A stretch of 64,000 nucleotides of DNA. Source: a virus (Duplodnaviria > Caudoviricetes). Location of the stretch: positions 43,955-107,954 of IMG/VR virus record IMGVR_UViG_3300012344_000001. One strand, 5' to 3'. Shown one piece after another: positions 55,634-64,000 of this stretch. Below the pieces are notes generated by a model, which saw only the letters and a list, made by a program, of their open reading frames with translations, was not told the DNA's origin and searched no databases. Position 1 is the first letter of the stretch. Each line of letters begins with the position of its first letter. Position numbers and translations under genes: made by a program.

Positions 55634-57037
55634 TTATCCATTGTTATTTTCTCCCTTATTATTGTTATTATTTGCCGCTTCTTGCGGGATTTCACCATAG
55701 ATATCTTCTTGCATATGCTGTTCACATTCTTGGAACTTCGCATAGTTACCGAAGAAGTTTGCATCAATCCACTGTTCGCCTTCCTGCATCTGTTCTCCAA
55801 GACGATTATAAAGAACGGTAAACCGATAATTTCCCTGTGCTTCATTCGCCTTGAAGTCTGCGTAGTCCTTGCGTTCCATCTTGATAACAGCCGAACTATA
55901 CTGCGCGATACGAATAGAATCAGCGATACCGCCATTTCGCGACGCCTGACACGCCGAAACAACTGCCATATCAAGGTCGCCAGCAATGCGATTTTTCAAA
56001 ATATTCGTCAGATTGCCAAGTTCTGCATAGTTGCTATAAGCGTCTGTCGCAGTTGACGGCTTCAGATAGTCAAAGAAAAGAACATCGCATCCGCATTTGC
56101 GCTTCATAGTTTTGACATAACCATAGATTTCGTCTGACGTGTAAATCGGAATATACTTGTGATATAGTTCAAGACCCTTGATTTTTTCAAGCGCCAGTTC
56201 TACGCGACGTTGTTCGTCGTCGCTGTAATTACCGCGCCTGATATGCTGGACTGGCACCTGAGAATAATATGCAATCAATCGCTGTGTGAAAAGCGCGTCG
56301 GTCATCTCGGTGTCCAAGTAAATGCACTTGCCACCCTGTCGAATTACGTCAATCGCTGTATCCATCAGCATAATTGACTTACCGCTTTTCATCGGCGCCA
56401 AGAATGTCAACATTTCGTTTTTGTCGATTGTCACATAGTCATTCAACTGCGGGACACATTCAAACACATATCCGCGCCCTGCGCCCTGCTTTGCTTCAAT
56501 CTTCTGCATGATATCTTCAAGCTGGTCACCAATCTTTGGAATGTCCGCGCCGTTGATATAGTTGTCCGCCGCGCTATCAAGAATATCAGACACATCGCGC
56601 TGAATATCCGTGATAGATTTTGCCGACAAAACGCGGGTCTGTGCCGCGTTCAGGTCGCGATATAGCTTGCGCTTATACGCCATCGCCAACACGTTGTTTA
56701 CGCATAGAACGAATTCTTCGGACGTTCCACGCGCCAGAAACTTCGCATTGTCAACAATCTGCGAAATGATGTCGGGCGAAAGACAGCCCTCTGCGCGCTT
56801 CATAAGCTTCGCGTCACCAGAAATGGACGCGTTAATATTGAAGGCGTCAATCTGCTGAATTTCCTGTTCCCTTAGACGGCAAATCGCGTCATAGATTACG
56901 CCGTTTGCGCGGTCGGTGAAGTCGTCGCCTTTCAGATTTTCGATGAAGTTCAGCATATTGGGTTCGGCAATAAGCGATGCGACTACACCAGATTCGGATT
57001 TGACGTCGGCAAGTTCTTCAAATTTGATAATATTCAC
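55634..57037 (-). CDS. DnaB-like replicative helicase
   Basis: APMKSGKS, YLDTEM, FDYLK, ACQ, ADS. Confidence 0.85.
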   Translation of the reverse strand: MNIIKFEELADVKSESGVVASLIAEPNMLNFIENLKGDDFTDRANGVIYDAICRLREQEIQQIDAFNINASISGDAKLMKRAEGCLSPDIISQIVDNAKFLARGTSEEFVLCVNNVLAMAYKRKLYRDLNAAQTRVLSAKSITDIQRDVSDILDSAADNYINGADIPKIGDQLEDIMQKIEAKQGAGRGYVFECVPQLNDYVTIDKNEMLTFLAPMKSGKSIMLMDTAIDVIRQGGKCIYLDTEMTDALFTQRLIAYYSQVPVQHIRRGNYSDDEQRRVELALEKIKGLELYHKYIPIYTSDEIYGYVKTMKRKCGCDVLFFDYLKPSTATDAYSNYAELGNLTNILKNRIAGDLDMAVVSACQASRNGGIADSIRIAQYSSAVIKMERKDYADFKANEAQGNYRFTVLYNRLGEQMQEGEQWIDANFFGNYAKFQECEQHMQEDIYGEIPQEAANNNNNKGENNNG

Positions 57038-57093
57038 CCCTTTCGGTAAAAAATAGGAGTACGACTAATTAAATCGTACTCCTATTGGGTTAA

Positions 57094-57474
57094 TCAGAAC
57101 GGCAAATCCGAACTGTCGGGGTCATATTCGTCGACAGGGGCTTTGCCAGCGGGCTTGCGACCAACATCAGCAAAATCGAAATCGAAAATTACCATCCGAG
57201 GCGACTTTGGAAAAACCTTCTGCCCTGTCTTGTCAATATAAGGCTCGCATTCCAGACTAAAACGGACATTGGTAATCTTGTCCTTTTCATTCAGGTCGGC
57301 AAGCTTTGCAAAGGCATTGCCAACAAGCCTACACCATCCCCAATTCGAGTTTTTCCATTCGCCAGTCTGCTTATCTTTGCGACTTGTTGAAAAAACACAG
57401 GTCGCATACTTCTGCTGCTGATCGGTAGTACGCCAATACGACCAAAAACTATCACTTGTTGCAAAAATTGCCAT
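57094..57474 (-). CDS. ssb: Single-stranded DNA-binding protein
   Basis: OB-like body, acidic tail ending DLPF, replication-module context. Confidence 0.7.
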   Translation of the reverse strand: MAIFATSDSFWSYWRTTDQQQKYATCVFSTSRKDKQTGEWKNSNWGWCRLVGNAFAKLADLNEKDKITNVRFSLECEPYIDKTGQKVFPKSPRMVIFDFDFADVGRKPAGKAPVDEYDPDSSDLPF

Positions 57475-58041
57475 TTACTTTACCTCTTCTTTCTTTTCTG
57501 CTTCTTTTGCCGCCTTCGCCTTTAAGCTACACGCATAGCAGAGGGGCTTGCCAAAACTTTTAGTAGTTCCACTAACAAGCTTGTCTACGCTAAGACCCTT
57601 TTCAGGACGAATTTCACTGCCGCAATCTGCGCAAATAGGCTTGTCTGCTTCTGGCAAATCTTCTCCGCCATATACGTACAACCCCAGACCATGGCGAGCA
57701 CACGCCTTCGTAAGACTGCGCTGAATCGTCTTATTCACATCAAAGGACGTCAGCTTATCTGCCGGAATAGATTGATTCTTGTAATCCATAACCGGAAGAT
57801 ATTCGATGTGTTCAAGACCATCAATAGTTACACCGGTTTTGACCCAAGCAGTTCTACTGTCTGTGAAGTAGTTCCACCCATCAGCATTTTCATAAATCGT
57901 GTAAAATGCCATAGGATGCCGCTTTTTGATTTCTGCCCACGCAAACGCCCAAGACAGATAAGTTAGGCCATTCTTCTTTTCCGTTTTGTCATTTACGTTG
58001 ACATCATAAAGTTCCTGAAAATAGTTCTTTACTTCTGCCAT
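57475..58041 (-). CDS. Sak/Rad52-like single-strand annealing protein (DUF1071)
   Basis: LTYLSWAFAW, LPVMDY, RSLTKACARHGLGLYVY. Confidence 0.85.
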   Translation of the reverse strand: MAEVKNYFQELYDVNVNDKTEKKNGLTYLSWAFAWAEIKKRHPMAFYTIYENADGWNYFTDSRTAWVKTGVTIDGLEHIEYLPVMDYKNQSIPADKLTSFDVNKTIQRSLTKACARHGLGLYVYGGEDLPEADKPICADCGSEIRPEKGLSVDKLVSGTTKSFGKPLCYACSLKAKAAKEAEKKEEVK

Positions 58042-58059
58042 AGATTTTTCTTTCCTTTC

Positions 58060-58260
58060 TTAAATTTGTTCGAACCGCCTATTCTTCGCATCGCGACACG
58101 CCTTACATCTTGTCGTTACCCTTAAACTATTATCATGTGCATATAAAATTTCGCCAAGCTTAATAGTCGTGGGTCTACCACAATCGGTACAATTATATGT
58201 GTACGTCAAATCGCAGGTGCGATTCTGTACGCGGTTCTCCATCTTCTCATTTTCGGTCAT
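58060..58260 (-). CDS. Zinc-ribbon protein
   Basis: CTDCG...RCKACR. Confidence 0.55.
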   Translation of the reverse strand: MTENEKMENRVQNRTCDLTYTYNCTDCGRPTTIKLGEILYAHDNSLRVTTRCKACRDAKNRRFEQI

Positions 58261-58307
58261 TAACCTTTTCCTCCTTGATTGTATTATAACACACTGTTTT
58301 AGTCTTG

Positions 58308-58775
58308 TCAAGCCCCTGTTCCAGTCGACCCAATTCCACCGTCGCGATTACCAACAGCGTCGTCATCGTCACACACCAGATACGGCTGAATAATTCCCTG
58401 CGCGACACGTTCGCCAGCAAGAAATTCCACATCTTCGTCACCTTCATTTCGCAATGCAAGCCAAATATCCTTATTAAAATCGCTGTCGATAATACCCACA
58501 TTATTGCACAGTACGACATTGCGCTTAATACCCACGCTGGAACGCACATAAACCGCCATAAAAACGCTTCTGGGCATATCGGTAATACGAACACCCGTCG
58601 GAACTTTGACGGTGCTGTGGGGCGCCAGAACCGCGTCAAACGGGATGCAAATATCGTAGCCCGCGCTACCCTTGGTTGCACGACGCGGAATAACCACGTT
58701 GGCATATTCAACAGCGAAGCCAGCGGCATCGCAATCAGCCGCAAACTGCGCGGCAGAAACACGTTCAAATTTCAT
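58308..58775 (-). CDS. dut: dUTPase (trimeric)
   Basis: SAGYD, RSS, GIIDSDF, AQG, RDGGIGSTG. Confidence 0.92.
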   Translation of the reverse strand: MKFERVSAAQFAADCDAAGFAVEYANVVIPRRATKGSAGYDICIPFDAVLAPHSTVKVPTGVRITDMPRSVFMAVYVRSSVGIKRNVVLCNNVGIIDSDFNKDIWLALRNEGDEDVEFLAGERVAQGIIQPYLVCDDDDAVGNRDGGIGSTGTGA

Positions 58776-58943
58776 ATTTATAATCCTTTCTTTCCAAACG
58801 AACTAACACTTTTAATAATGTTGTATATAAGTCCTTCGCACCATGAACAACATTCGATTTTTTCATCAATCCTGCCGTCATGTCGAAGTTCTATAATATG
58901 CGGCAATTCCGTGATTTCACAGCCGCAGATGTCACAATATTTT

Positions 58944-59132
58944 CTATCCATCTTTTACCTCGTATTTTTCAAATAGTTCGCAGTTGCAGAAACCCGCGTG
59001 ATTCATCTGCTTGAACTTGTCGCATTGACAAGTAGCATCCAACTGACAGGGGCAACTGCGACTGTTGGCACGCAAATAGTCTGTGACCATTTTGACGATT
59101 TCTTTGTCGGGGTTCACCCTTACTTTTAACAT
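58944..59132 (-). CDS. Ferredoxin-thioredoxin-reductase catalytic-like small protein
   Basis: NPD...CPC...CQC...CNCELF. Confidence 0.55.
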   Translation of the reverse strand: MLKVRVNPDKEIVKMVTDYLRANSRSCPCQLDATCQCDKFKQMNHAGFCNCELFEKYEVKDG

Positions 59133-59593
59133 TAGATATACTTCCTTCTGAATTTTGACGTAATATCTTCTTTCGCACTTCCTTTTTCCATAACATACAT
59201 TCGCTGATTGGTTGTTGGTTTGTCCAGCCCGCCAAATTGTTCGTCATAACGTCCGATTTTAACGTAGTCAAATGCGCCAACACAATCTTTAAGGTCGTCC
59301 AAGCTGTCATAACCGCTATAAAGGCACGTCTTATAGCCTACGCACATTTTCGCCAGATGAACAAGTTCCTGCTGGTCTTGGTCGCCACCCATAAAGCAGA
59401 CACAAGTAATCGCGTCTGCGTATTGGCGGATTGCGTCCGCAATATCCGCAGAAAGGTCGCGACCGACATCTTCCCACAGATATTGCGAATGGCAACCCTT
59501 GCAATGGTGGGTGCAACCACTAATGTTAAACACCAACGAGACTTCGTTTGGAACTTCTTGGAATGCGATAGTATAGCCGGTGTATTTCAACAT
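59132..59593 (-). CDS. nrdG: Anaerobic RNR activase (radical SAM)
   Basis: CTHHCKGCHS, GGD, KIGRY, TNQR. Confidence 0.88.
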   Translation of the reverse strand: MLKYTGYTIAFQEVPNEVSLVFNISGCTHHCKGCHSQYLWEDVGRDLSADIADAIRQYADAITCVCFMGGDQDQQELVHLAKMCVGYKTCLYSGYDSLDDLKDCVGAFDYVKIGRYDEQFGGLDKPTTNQRMYVMEKGSAKEDITSKFRRKYI

Positions 59594-62500
59594 CAGATAT
59601 TCACCTGACTATCATAGAAACGCTTGGCGGCTTCGCGCTGACGCGCTTCGCTGAAACGGGAAATGCGTTTGAGATATCCAATCACCCTTGTCGCATAATC
59701 AAGATTTTCACTTCCACAAGCAGGACATCTATCAAGCATATGTTTACTAATATGTCCACAATCGTTACAGACGGTATTCGGGATATTGAATGTAAAATAA
59801 GAACATCCGGTTTTGATGGCATAATCAAGAATTCGACGATACTGTTCTTTTGTAAGGTGTTCCGCCAAATTTACGTGGTTCGCCGCCCCGCCGTCAAGAT
59901 ATTTTGTCGACTTCTTACCCTGAAGGATAAACTTGTCGGCTACGTTACAAGATTCATCTTCGACAAGATAGAAGTAACTGTTATAGCAATCGCGTGGGAC
60001 GAAATAGCCATCAACTTTATCCCACTTGGCATTTTTAACGGCGAGGTTTTCTGAAGGCGCCATTTCACAATTAAACATCACTTCATCCGTCCTGTCTCGA
60101 CGGTTGATTTCGTAAATCGGCTTCAGAACAGATTCAAGATATTCAAAAAACTTGTCGTTTGGTGAAATGTCGATTCCAAGGAACTGTGCTCCTTCAACGA
60201 CGCCATTGATGCTCGCCGTAAGGAATTGTTTTTCCATAGAAATAAAGCCGGCATCATAGACAGGAAGAAGCCTTGCATTTAGATTATCTTTAACAATTTC
60301 ATTATATGCAATAAGATATTTATGAACCTTTTCCACTTGTTCCGCAACTACATCAGAAATATTGCGCCTATTTTTCATGGCGTTTTGCACCAATCTATTG
60401 ATATTCATGGTAATTACACCCTTACTTCCAGTGGAAACGCCGCCCGCACCAAGCGTATAGCTAAACGTATTATCCTGCAACTCGTTCCGAAGACGACAGC
60501 ACGATGCGAGGCTGTCTACACTGTCACTCGTGTAAGTAAAAAAGCTGTGTCCCCTTGCATACATTTCAGCGGTAAAATCCGCAGAATTTTCATCAACATA
60601 TTTCGTTCCATCACTAAGAAGATTCATTGTTTCGACCGGGAACGTAATCACAGCCTTCCTGCGTTCTTCATTAAGCCAATTCATAAACTCACGCTGGAGC
60701 CATTCCAAACTTTCCCAGCAGGGGGTACTTCCGTCTGGAAAAATAAATGTTTCAAAAAGACCCTTGAAGTACGGTTCGTCAAAGTAAGCGATGTTCCAGA
60801 ACGCGGCTTGAAAACCTCTTGCGGCGGCAGGCTGGTTAATTGAATAAACAACCTGTGACGCTTTATCATGAACAACGTCACGAATTGTTCTTTGGCGTTT
60901 TACAGACGGCATTGTGACAATTTCGTCTGCGCGAAGATAATAGTCGTCACCATAATCCTTACGAAGAAAATAATCCATATACATAAGGAATTCAGGCGTC
61001 GCAACAGCGCCAGCGAACTGTGAAGATACAGCAAAAACAAGATTGATAAACGCACCGCAAAAACTATCAAGATTGGTTGGCGCCGTAGAAATTCCACCAA
61101 TTTTTGTCATTCCGTCAAACAAGAACGGGTACATAGTAATGCTAACGCAGTTGTGAACCCAGAATCCATTACAAACGAAGCTATGCGATTCGGTTGTAAT
61201 ATCATAGATATAGTCGTTCATGTCCAGATAAGGCTCGTTATCAATCGGTTCGACATTGGTAATTGTTTGCCATTCATCAAACGAATTCTTCTGTCCTTTT
61301 TCAATACGACGCGCCTTTTTACTTTTTTCCGCCATACCAAACGTAAAGGGTTCGCCCTTTTCTCTAAATCTTACGCCAAAAAGCTGGTACTTTTGCTGAA
61401 TTTTTTCATTACAACCAAATTTTGTCTGCTGAACGCCGCATCCAGAAGTAATTCCAAACGCATTTACAACCGTAGCAATCTGCATTGTTAGCGTGCGGGA
61501 TGAAGTCCTAATAGAATAGCACCCACCACCATCAATACTTCCATCACTATCAATAAGCCCTTCAATGATTCCCTTCGCAAAGTCTTCATTGTAATCAAAA
61601 ATATTTTCAGGCATAGACTTATTCATAGCCAGATGTCCAATATTAAAAACATTTTTTAACAGGACAAACATGAAAGGATTTGGCGTAATCAACTGATACT
61701 TTTCATCAGAAATGTTATACTGGATTCTTGCGGCACCATTCAAATGCGTATAAATAATATTTCCAATTTTCTTTAACACATCGTCTTTAGCTTGTGTTAC
61801 GCAAATATCAGACGAATATAAGGAAAAGTTTCCGTCGCCAATAAAAAACCCTACAAGATATCCAAAATTTCTGTCAAGCTTTACTTTTTTTGGCACAGCA
61901 TACCAAGTATTTTTTGTTGACGTCTGCATAACAAAACAATCATCATATTCGATGAAGTTCATGTGTCCAGCTTTGAAAACTTCGCGCGAATCAATTTCGG
62001 TCTGACCACCGAACTTCATTTTAGATGAACACCTATATTGTTTATAACCCAAGGATTCAGATGCGGGGATTGTTTTGTCGATATCGTCTTCAACAATAAT
62101 CGGGTGATTATCTGTCACAATGATGTCGTTGCTAAATGCGGTTTTTACTCTAACAAGGTCGCGATGGCGTTTTTTTCTAATTAGTCGTTGTATCTTTGTA
62201 AACCCGTCCCTATCTTCGACAAACATATCTACCGGATACTTTGCCCAAACATCTTTATCTTCATCGAGAAGTTCTTCGTCGTCTTCACAAAGGCTATATA
62301 GGCGCCACATTGGAATTGTATACGTTTTCCCCACATATCTGACGTTTACGATTTCGTGCGCCCCATAAGTGTACGGTGCGATATTTGTTTCGTCGTGTTT
62401 ATAAATCTCATGACTTTCTAACTGACGAATATATTCCCTTGCCATATCTTCGCCATACATCTGCGTCAGCTTGTCAATCATCAACAGACGGTTCGCGCCA

Positions 62501-62670
62501 ATCTTTTCGCGTTTGCACAGTTCTTCCTGACACGTCGCGATGTTTTTGGTTTCCACGTTCGCGTTTGCATCAACTTCGCTTGCAGACGCCGCATTAGACG
62601 GCTTTCGATATTTTTCAATAAAATCTACGTATTTTCGGTAATTCGCATTGTAATCTTCAAATTTCATCAT
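59593..62670 (-). CDS. nrdD: Anaerobic ribonucleotide reductase (class III) with intein
   Basis: YKHDE, PY|CV, ASCCRL, CNDC..CPAC, glycyl-radical loop RVIGYL. Confidence 0.92.
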   Translation of the reverse strand: MMKFEDYNANYRKYVDFIEKYRKPSNAASASEVDANANVETKNIATCQEELCKREKIGANRLLMIDKLTQMYGEDMAREYIRQLESHEIYKHDETNIAPYTYGAHEIVNVRYVGKTYTIPMWRLYSLCEDDEELLDEDKDVWAKYPVDMFVEDRDGFTKIQRLIRKKRHRDLVRVKTAFSNDIIVTDNHPIIVEDDIDKTIPASESLGYKQYRCSSKMKFGGQTEIDSREVFKAGHMNFIEYDDCFVMQTSTKNTWYAVPKKVKLDRNFGYLVGFFIGDGNFSLYSSDICVTQAKDDVLKKIGNIIYTHLNGAARIQYNISDEKYQLITPNPFMFVLLKNVFNIGHLAMNKSMPENIFDYNEDFAKGIIEGLIDSDGSIDGGGCYSIRTSSRTLTMQIATVVNAFGITSGCGVQQTKFGCNEKIQQKYQLFGVRFREKGEPFTFGMAEKSKKARRIEKGQKNSFDEWQTITNVEPIDNEPYLDMNDYIYDITTESHSFVCNGFWVHNCVSITMYPFLFDGMTKIGGISTAPTNLDSFCGAFINLVFAVSSQFAGAVATPEFLMYMDYFLRKDYGDDYYLRADEIVTMPSVKRQRTIRDVVHDKASQVVYSINQPAAARGFQAAFWNIAYFDEPYFKGLFETFIFPDGSTPCWESLEWLQREFMNWLNEERRKAVITFPVETMNLLSDGTKYVDENSADFTAEMYARGHSFFTYTSDSVDSLASCCRLRNELQDNTFSYTLGAGGVSTGSKGVITMNINRLVQNAMKNRRNISDVVAEQVEKVHKYLIAYNEIVKDNLNARLLPVYDAGFISMEKQFLTASINGVVEGAQFLGIDISPNDKFFEYLESVLKPIYEINRRDRTDEVMFNCEMAPSENLAVKNAKWDKVDGYFVPRDCYNSYFYLVEDESCNVADKFILQGKKSTKYLDGGAANHVNLAEHLTKEQYRRILDYAIKTGCSYFTFNIPNTVCNDCGHISKHMLDRCPACGSENLDYATRVIGYLKRISRFSEARQREAAKRFYDSQVNI
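61150..62370 (-). mobile_element. Intein with LAGLIDADG endonuclease in NrdD (407 aa), first residue Thr
   Basis: APY|TYGAHEIV...VTDNH...VGFFIGDG...EGLIDSDG...WVHN|CVS. Confidence 0.88.
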
Positions 62671-62680
62671 TCCACCAGCC

Positions 62681-62905
62681 TTAGATATGTTTTTCCACCC
62701 ACTCTTTCGCCTGCAAAAAGTTATAATACGCCCCATCAATCATTACAATCGGTAGTTCGTCTGTATTATGTTCCTTTGCAACGTCCTTAACCTGTTGGTT
62801 GTCGTGGATGACTGTCACCATCGCATCTTTTACGTCTTGCATTTTGCGTTCAGCAAAAAAGCAATGGGGGCATCCTGTTCGCCCATAAATTTTTACATCA
62901 TACAT
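62681..62905 (-). CDS. Glutaredoxin / NrdH-like protein
   Basis: GCPHC, LPIVMIDG. Confidence 0.8.
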   Translation of the reverse strand: MYDVKIYGRTGCPHCFFAERKMQDVKDAMVTVIHDNQQVKDVAKEHNTDELPIVMIDGAYYNFLQAKEWVEKHI

Positions 62906-63132
62906 TTCTTTTCTCCTTTTCATTTGATAAAAAAAGGATGCACACATTGCGTTGTGTACACCCTAATTTAACTTATTCGTTGTTCCCTTTTCAAGTTCAC
63001 TTTCGATTATACACCATAAATGTGAACTTGTCAAGTCTTTCTTGTAAACAAATTATGAATATTATTGCCAAATCATGAAAAATTTGTGAATAATCTGTAA
63101 ATTTTTTCACGTTGGCTAAAAACGGGGAACCA

Positions 63133-63483
63133 TTAAGTTCCCCGCATAGCGTCCAGTTGCCTACGCTTTTCTTCGATTTCCCGCGTAAGTTCCTGAATCG
63201 TTTCAATCAGCCCGTTGACCTGCTTGTCCTGATGTTCCTTCCAGTCCATATAGTCAACGATGTCATACGCAATCGAATCTTCCACGCCGCGCCCATAGCT
63301 GGGTACACCCTTGTGTAAGCGTTCGATTACGTCTTGACAGTATTCGCGCTGCTGTTCATCGGTCGTCGCCTTGAACATTTCGCGCAGTTTGTCCGATACG
63401 AATTCGCGCGCATCATCTAATGACGCTACGATTCGCGTTTCGTCAAATTTTGTAAATGTGTTTCGCAATGTTACCGTTAGCAT
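63133..63483 (-). CDS. Hypothetical protein
   Basis: MLTVTLR... after SD GGAGG and a promoter at about 63543-63572. Confidence 0.6.
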   Translation of the reverse strand: MLTVTLRNTFTKFDETRIVASLDDAREFVSDKLREMFKATTDEQQREYCQDVIERLHKGVPSYGRGVEDSIAYDIVDYMDWKEHQDKQVNGLIETIQELTREIEEKRRQLDAMRGT

Positions 63484-63583
63484 TTTTGCCTCCAAAATCG
63501 CGTTATATTGTGGGGCGGAAAAGTTGACCGCCCCATTGTTTGTATTATAGCACGCGATTTGGTTTTTGTCAAGCGATTCTTTC

Positions 63584-63599
63584 GCGCGCTTTCGCGCGC
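63584..63599 (-). other. GC-rich hairpin GCGCGC-GAAA-GCGCGC (DGR target-recognition-like)
   Basis: About 26 nt downstream of the stop codon of the lectin-fold gene. Confidence 0.6.
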
Positions 63600-63625
63600 T
63601 GTGTATTAAGTGTTGTTTGACTTCG

Positions 63626-64000
63626 TCAAACTTTGAAAGCCACAGCCAACCCAAACGAAAGAGAAGCGGCGGCAGCGGCGGCAGTACCGTTGCCGTCCAC
63701 ACCGCAGAAAGCGTAGGTGTACGTCGCACGCACGGAACGCTCCCACCAACACACGGCAGTCGCCGTCGAACTATGATTATACTTGACCTTTGAATTACCG
63801 GCGACATAGTAGGCATACTGCTGTTGCTTAGTTTGTTCGGCGCTGTTAGCGTAAGTTCTTGCACCGAAGATTTCAAATTCAGCAAGCAGATACAAGTCAT
63901 CTTGTGTCGCAGTAACATAAGAAGCAGCAGTAGATGAGCCACCGGTATTGTCTGTATAAATGGTCGTAGTTTTCAGCACCGACTGCAAATCGCTGGGCAA
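63626..64000 (-). CDS. C-terminus of a C-type-lectin-fold (DUF6273-like) protein; probable DGR target; 5' end outside the window
   Basis: DDLYLLAEFEIFG...WWERS...FCGV..NG...GLAVAF. Confidence 0.7.
   Translation of the reverse strand: MPSDLQSVLKTTTIYTDNTGGSSTAASYVTATQDDLYLLAEFEIFGARTYANSAEQTKQQQYAYYVAGNSKVKYNHSSTATAVCWWERSVRATYTYAFCGVDGNGTAAAAAASLSFGLAVAFKV

Noticed and set aside
63133-63942. 269-aa ORF from the track
   Set aside because: Its 5' part overlaps another gene, a hairpin and a promoter; the real gene probably starts at 63483.
1-64000. DGR reverse transcriptase or template repeat, integrase, tnpA, structural genes
   Set aside because: I found no supporting motifs in this window; they may lie outside it.

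Overview
This window is a 64-kb piece of a large dsDNA tailed phage, probably SPbeta-like and infecting a Firmicutes/Clostridia host. It is almost all minus-strand coded, apart from a plus-strand block at about 7.8-13.35 kb. Recognisable core genes: a YonO-like single-subunit RNA polymerase, ThyX, nucleotide kinases, ClpP, PhoH, a frameshifted PAPS-reductase-family gene, a DUF262/ParB-like gene with a perfect parS palindrome upstream, a probable initiator with iterons, DnaE and NrdD (each with a LAGLIDADG intein), NrdG, glutaredoxin, primase, helicase, SSB, a Sak-like recombinase, a Cas4-like nuclease, dUTPase, two adenine methyltransferases, two tnpB genes, two tRNA-Glu genes, and at the right edge a probable DGR target gene. 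The most striking unexplained signals are: (1) 33 intact and 2 broken small accessory ORFs from at least three unrelated families that all end in the same C-terminal tail, [A/G/C]-x-[V/I]-[V/I/L]-COOH (e.g. AKVV, AVVL, AKII), suggesting a shared protein-level docking or degron system; (2) a promoter-driven non-coding RNA that mimics the 23S rRNA L11-binding GTPase-associated centre; (3) a second RNA motif present twice with compensatory base-pair changes. All functional calls come from motif recognition by eye; no database searches were run.
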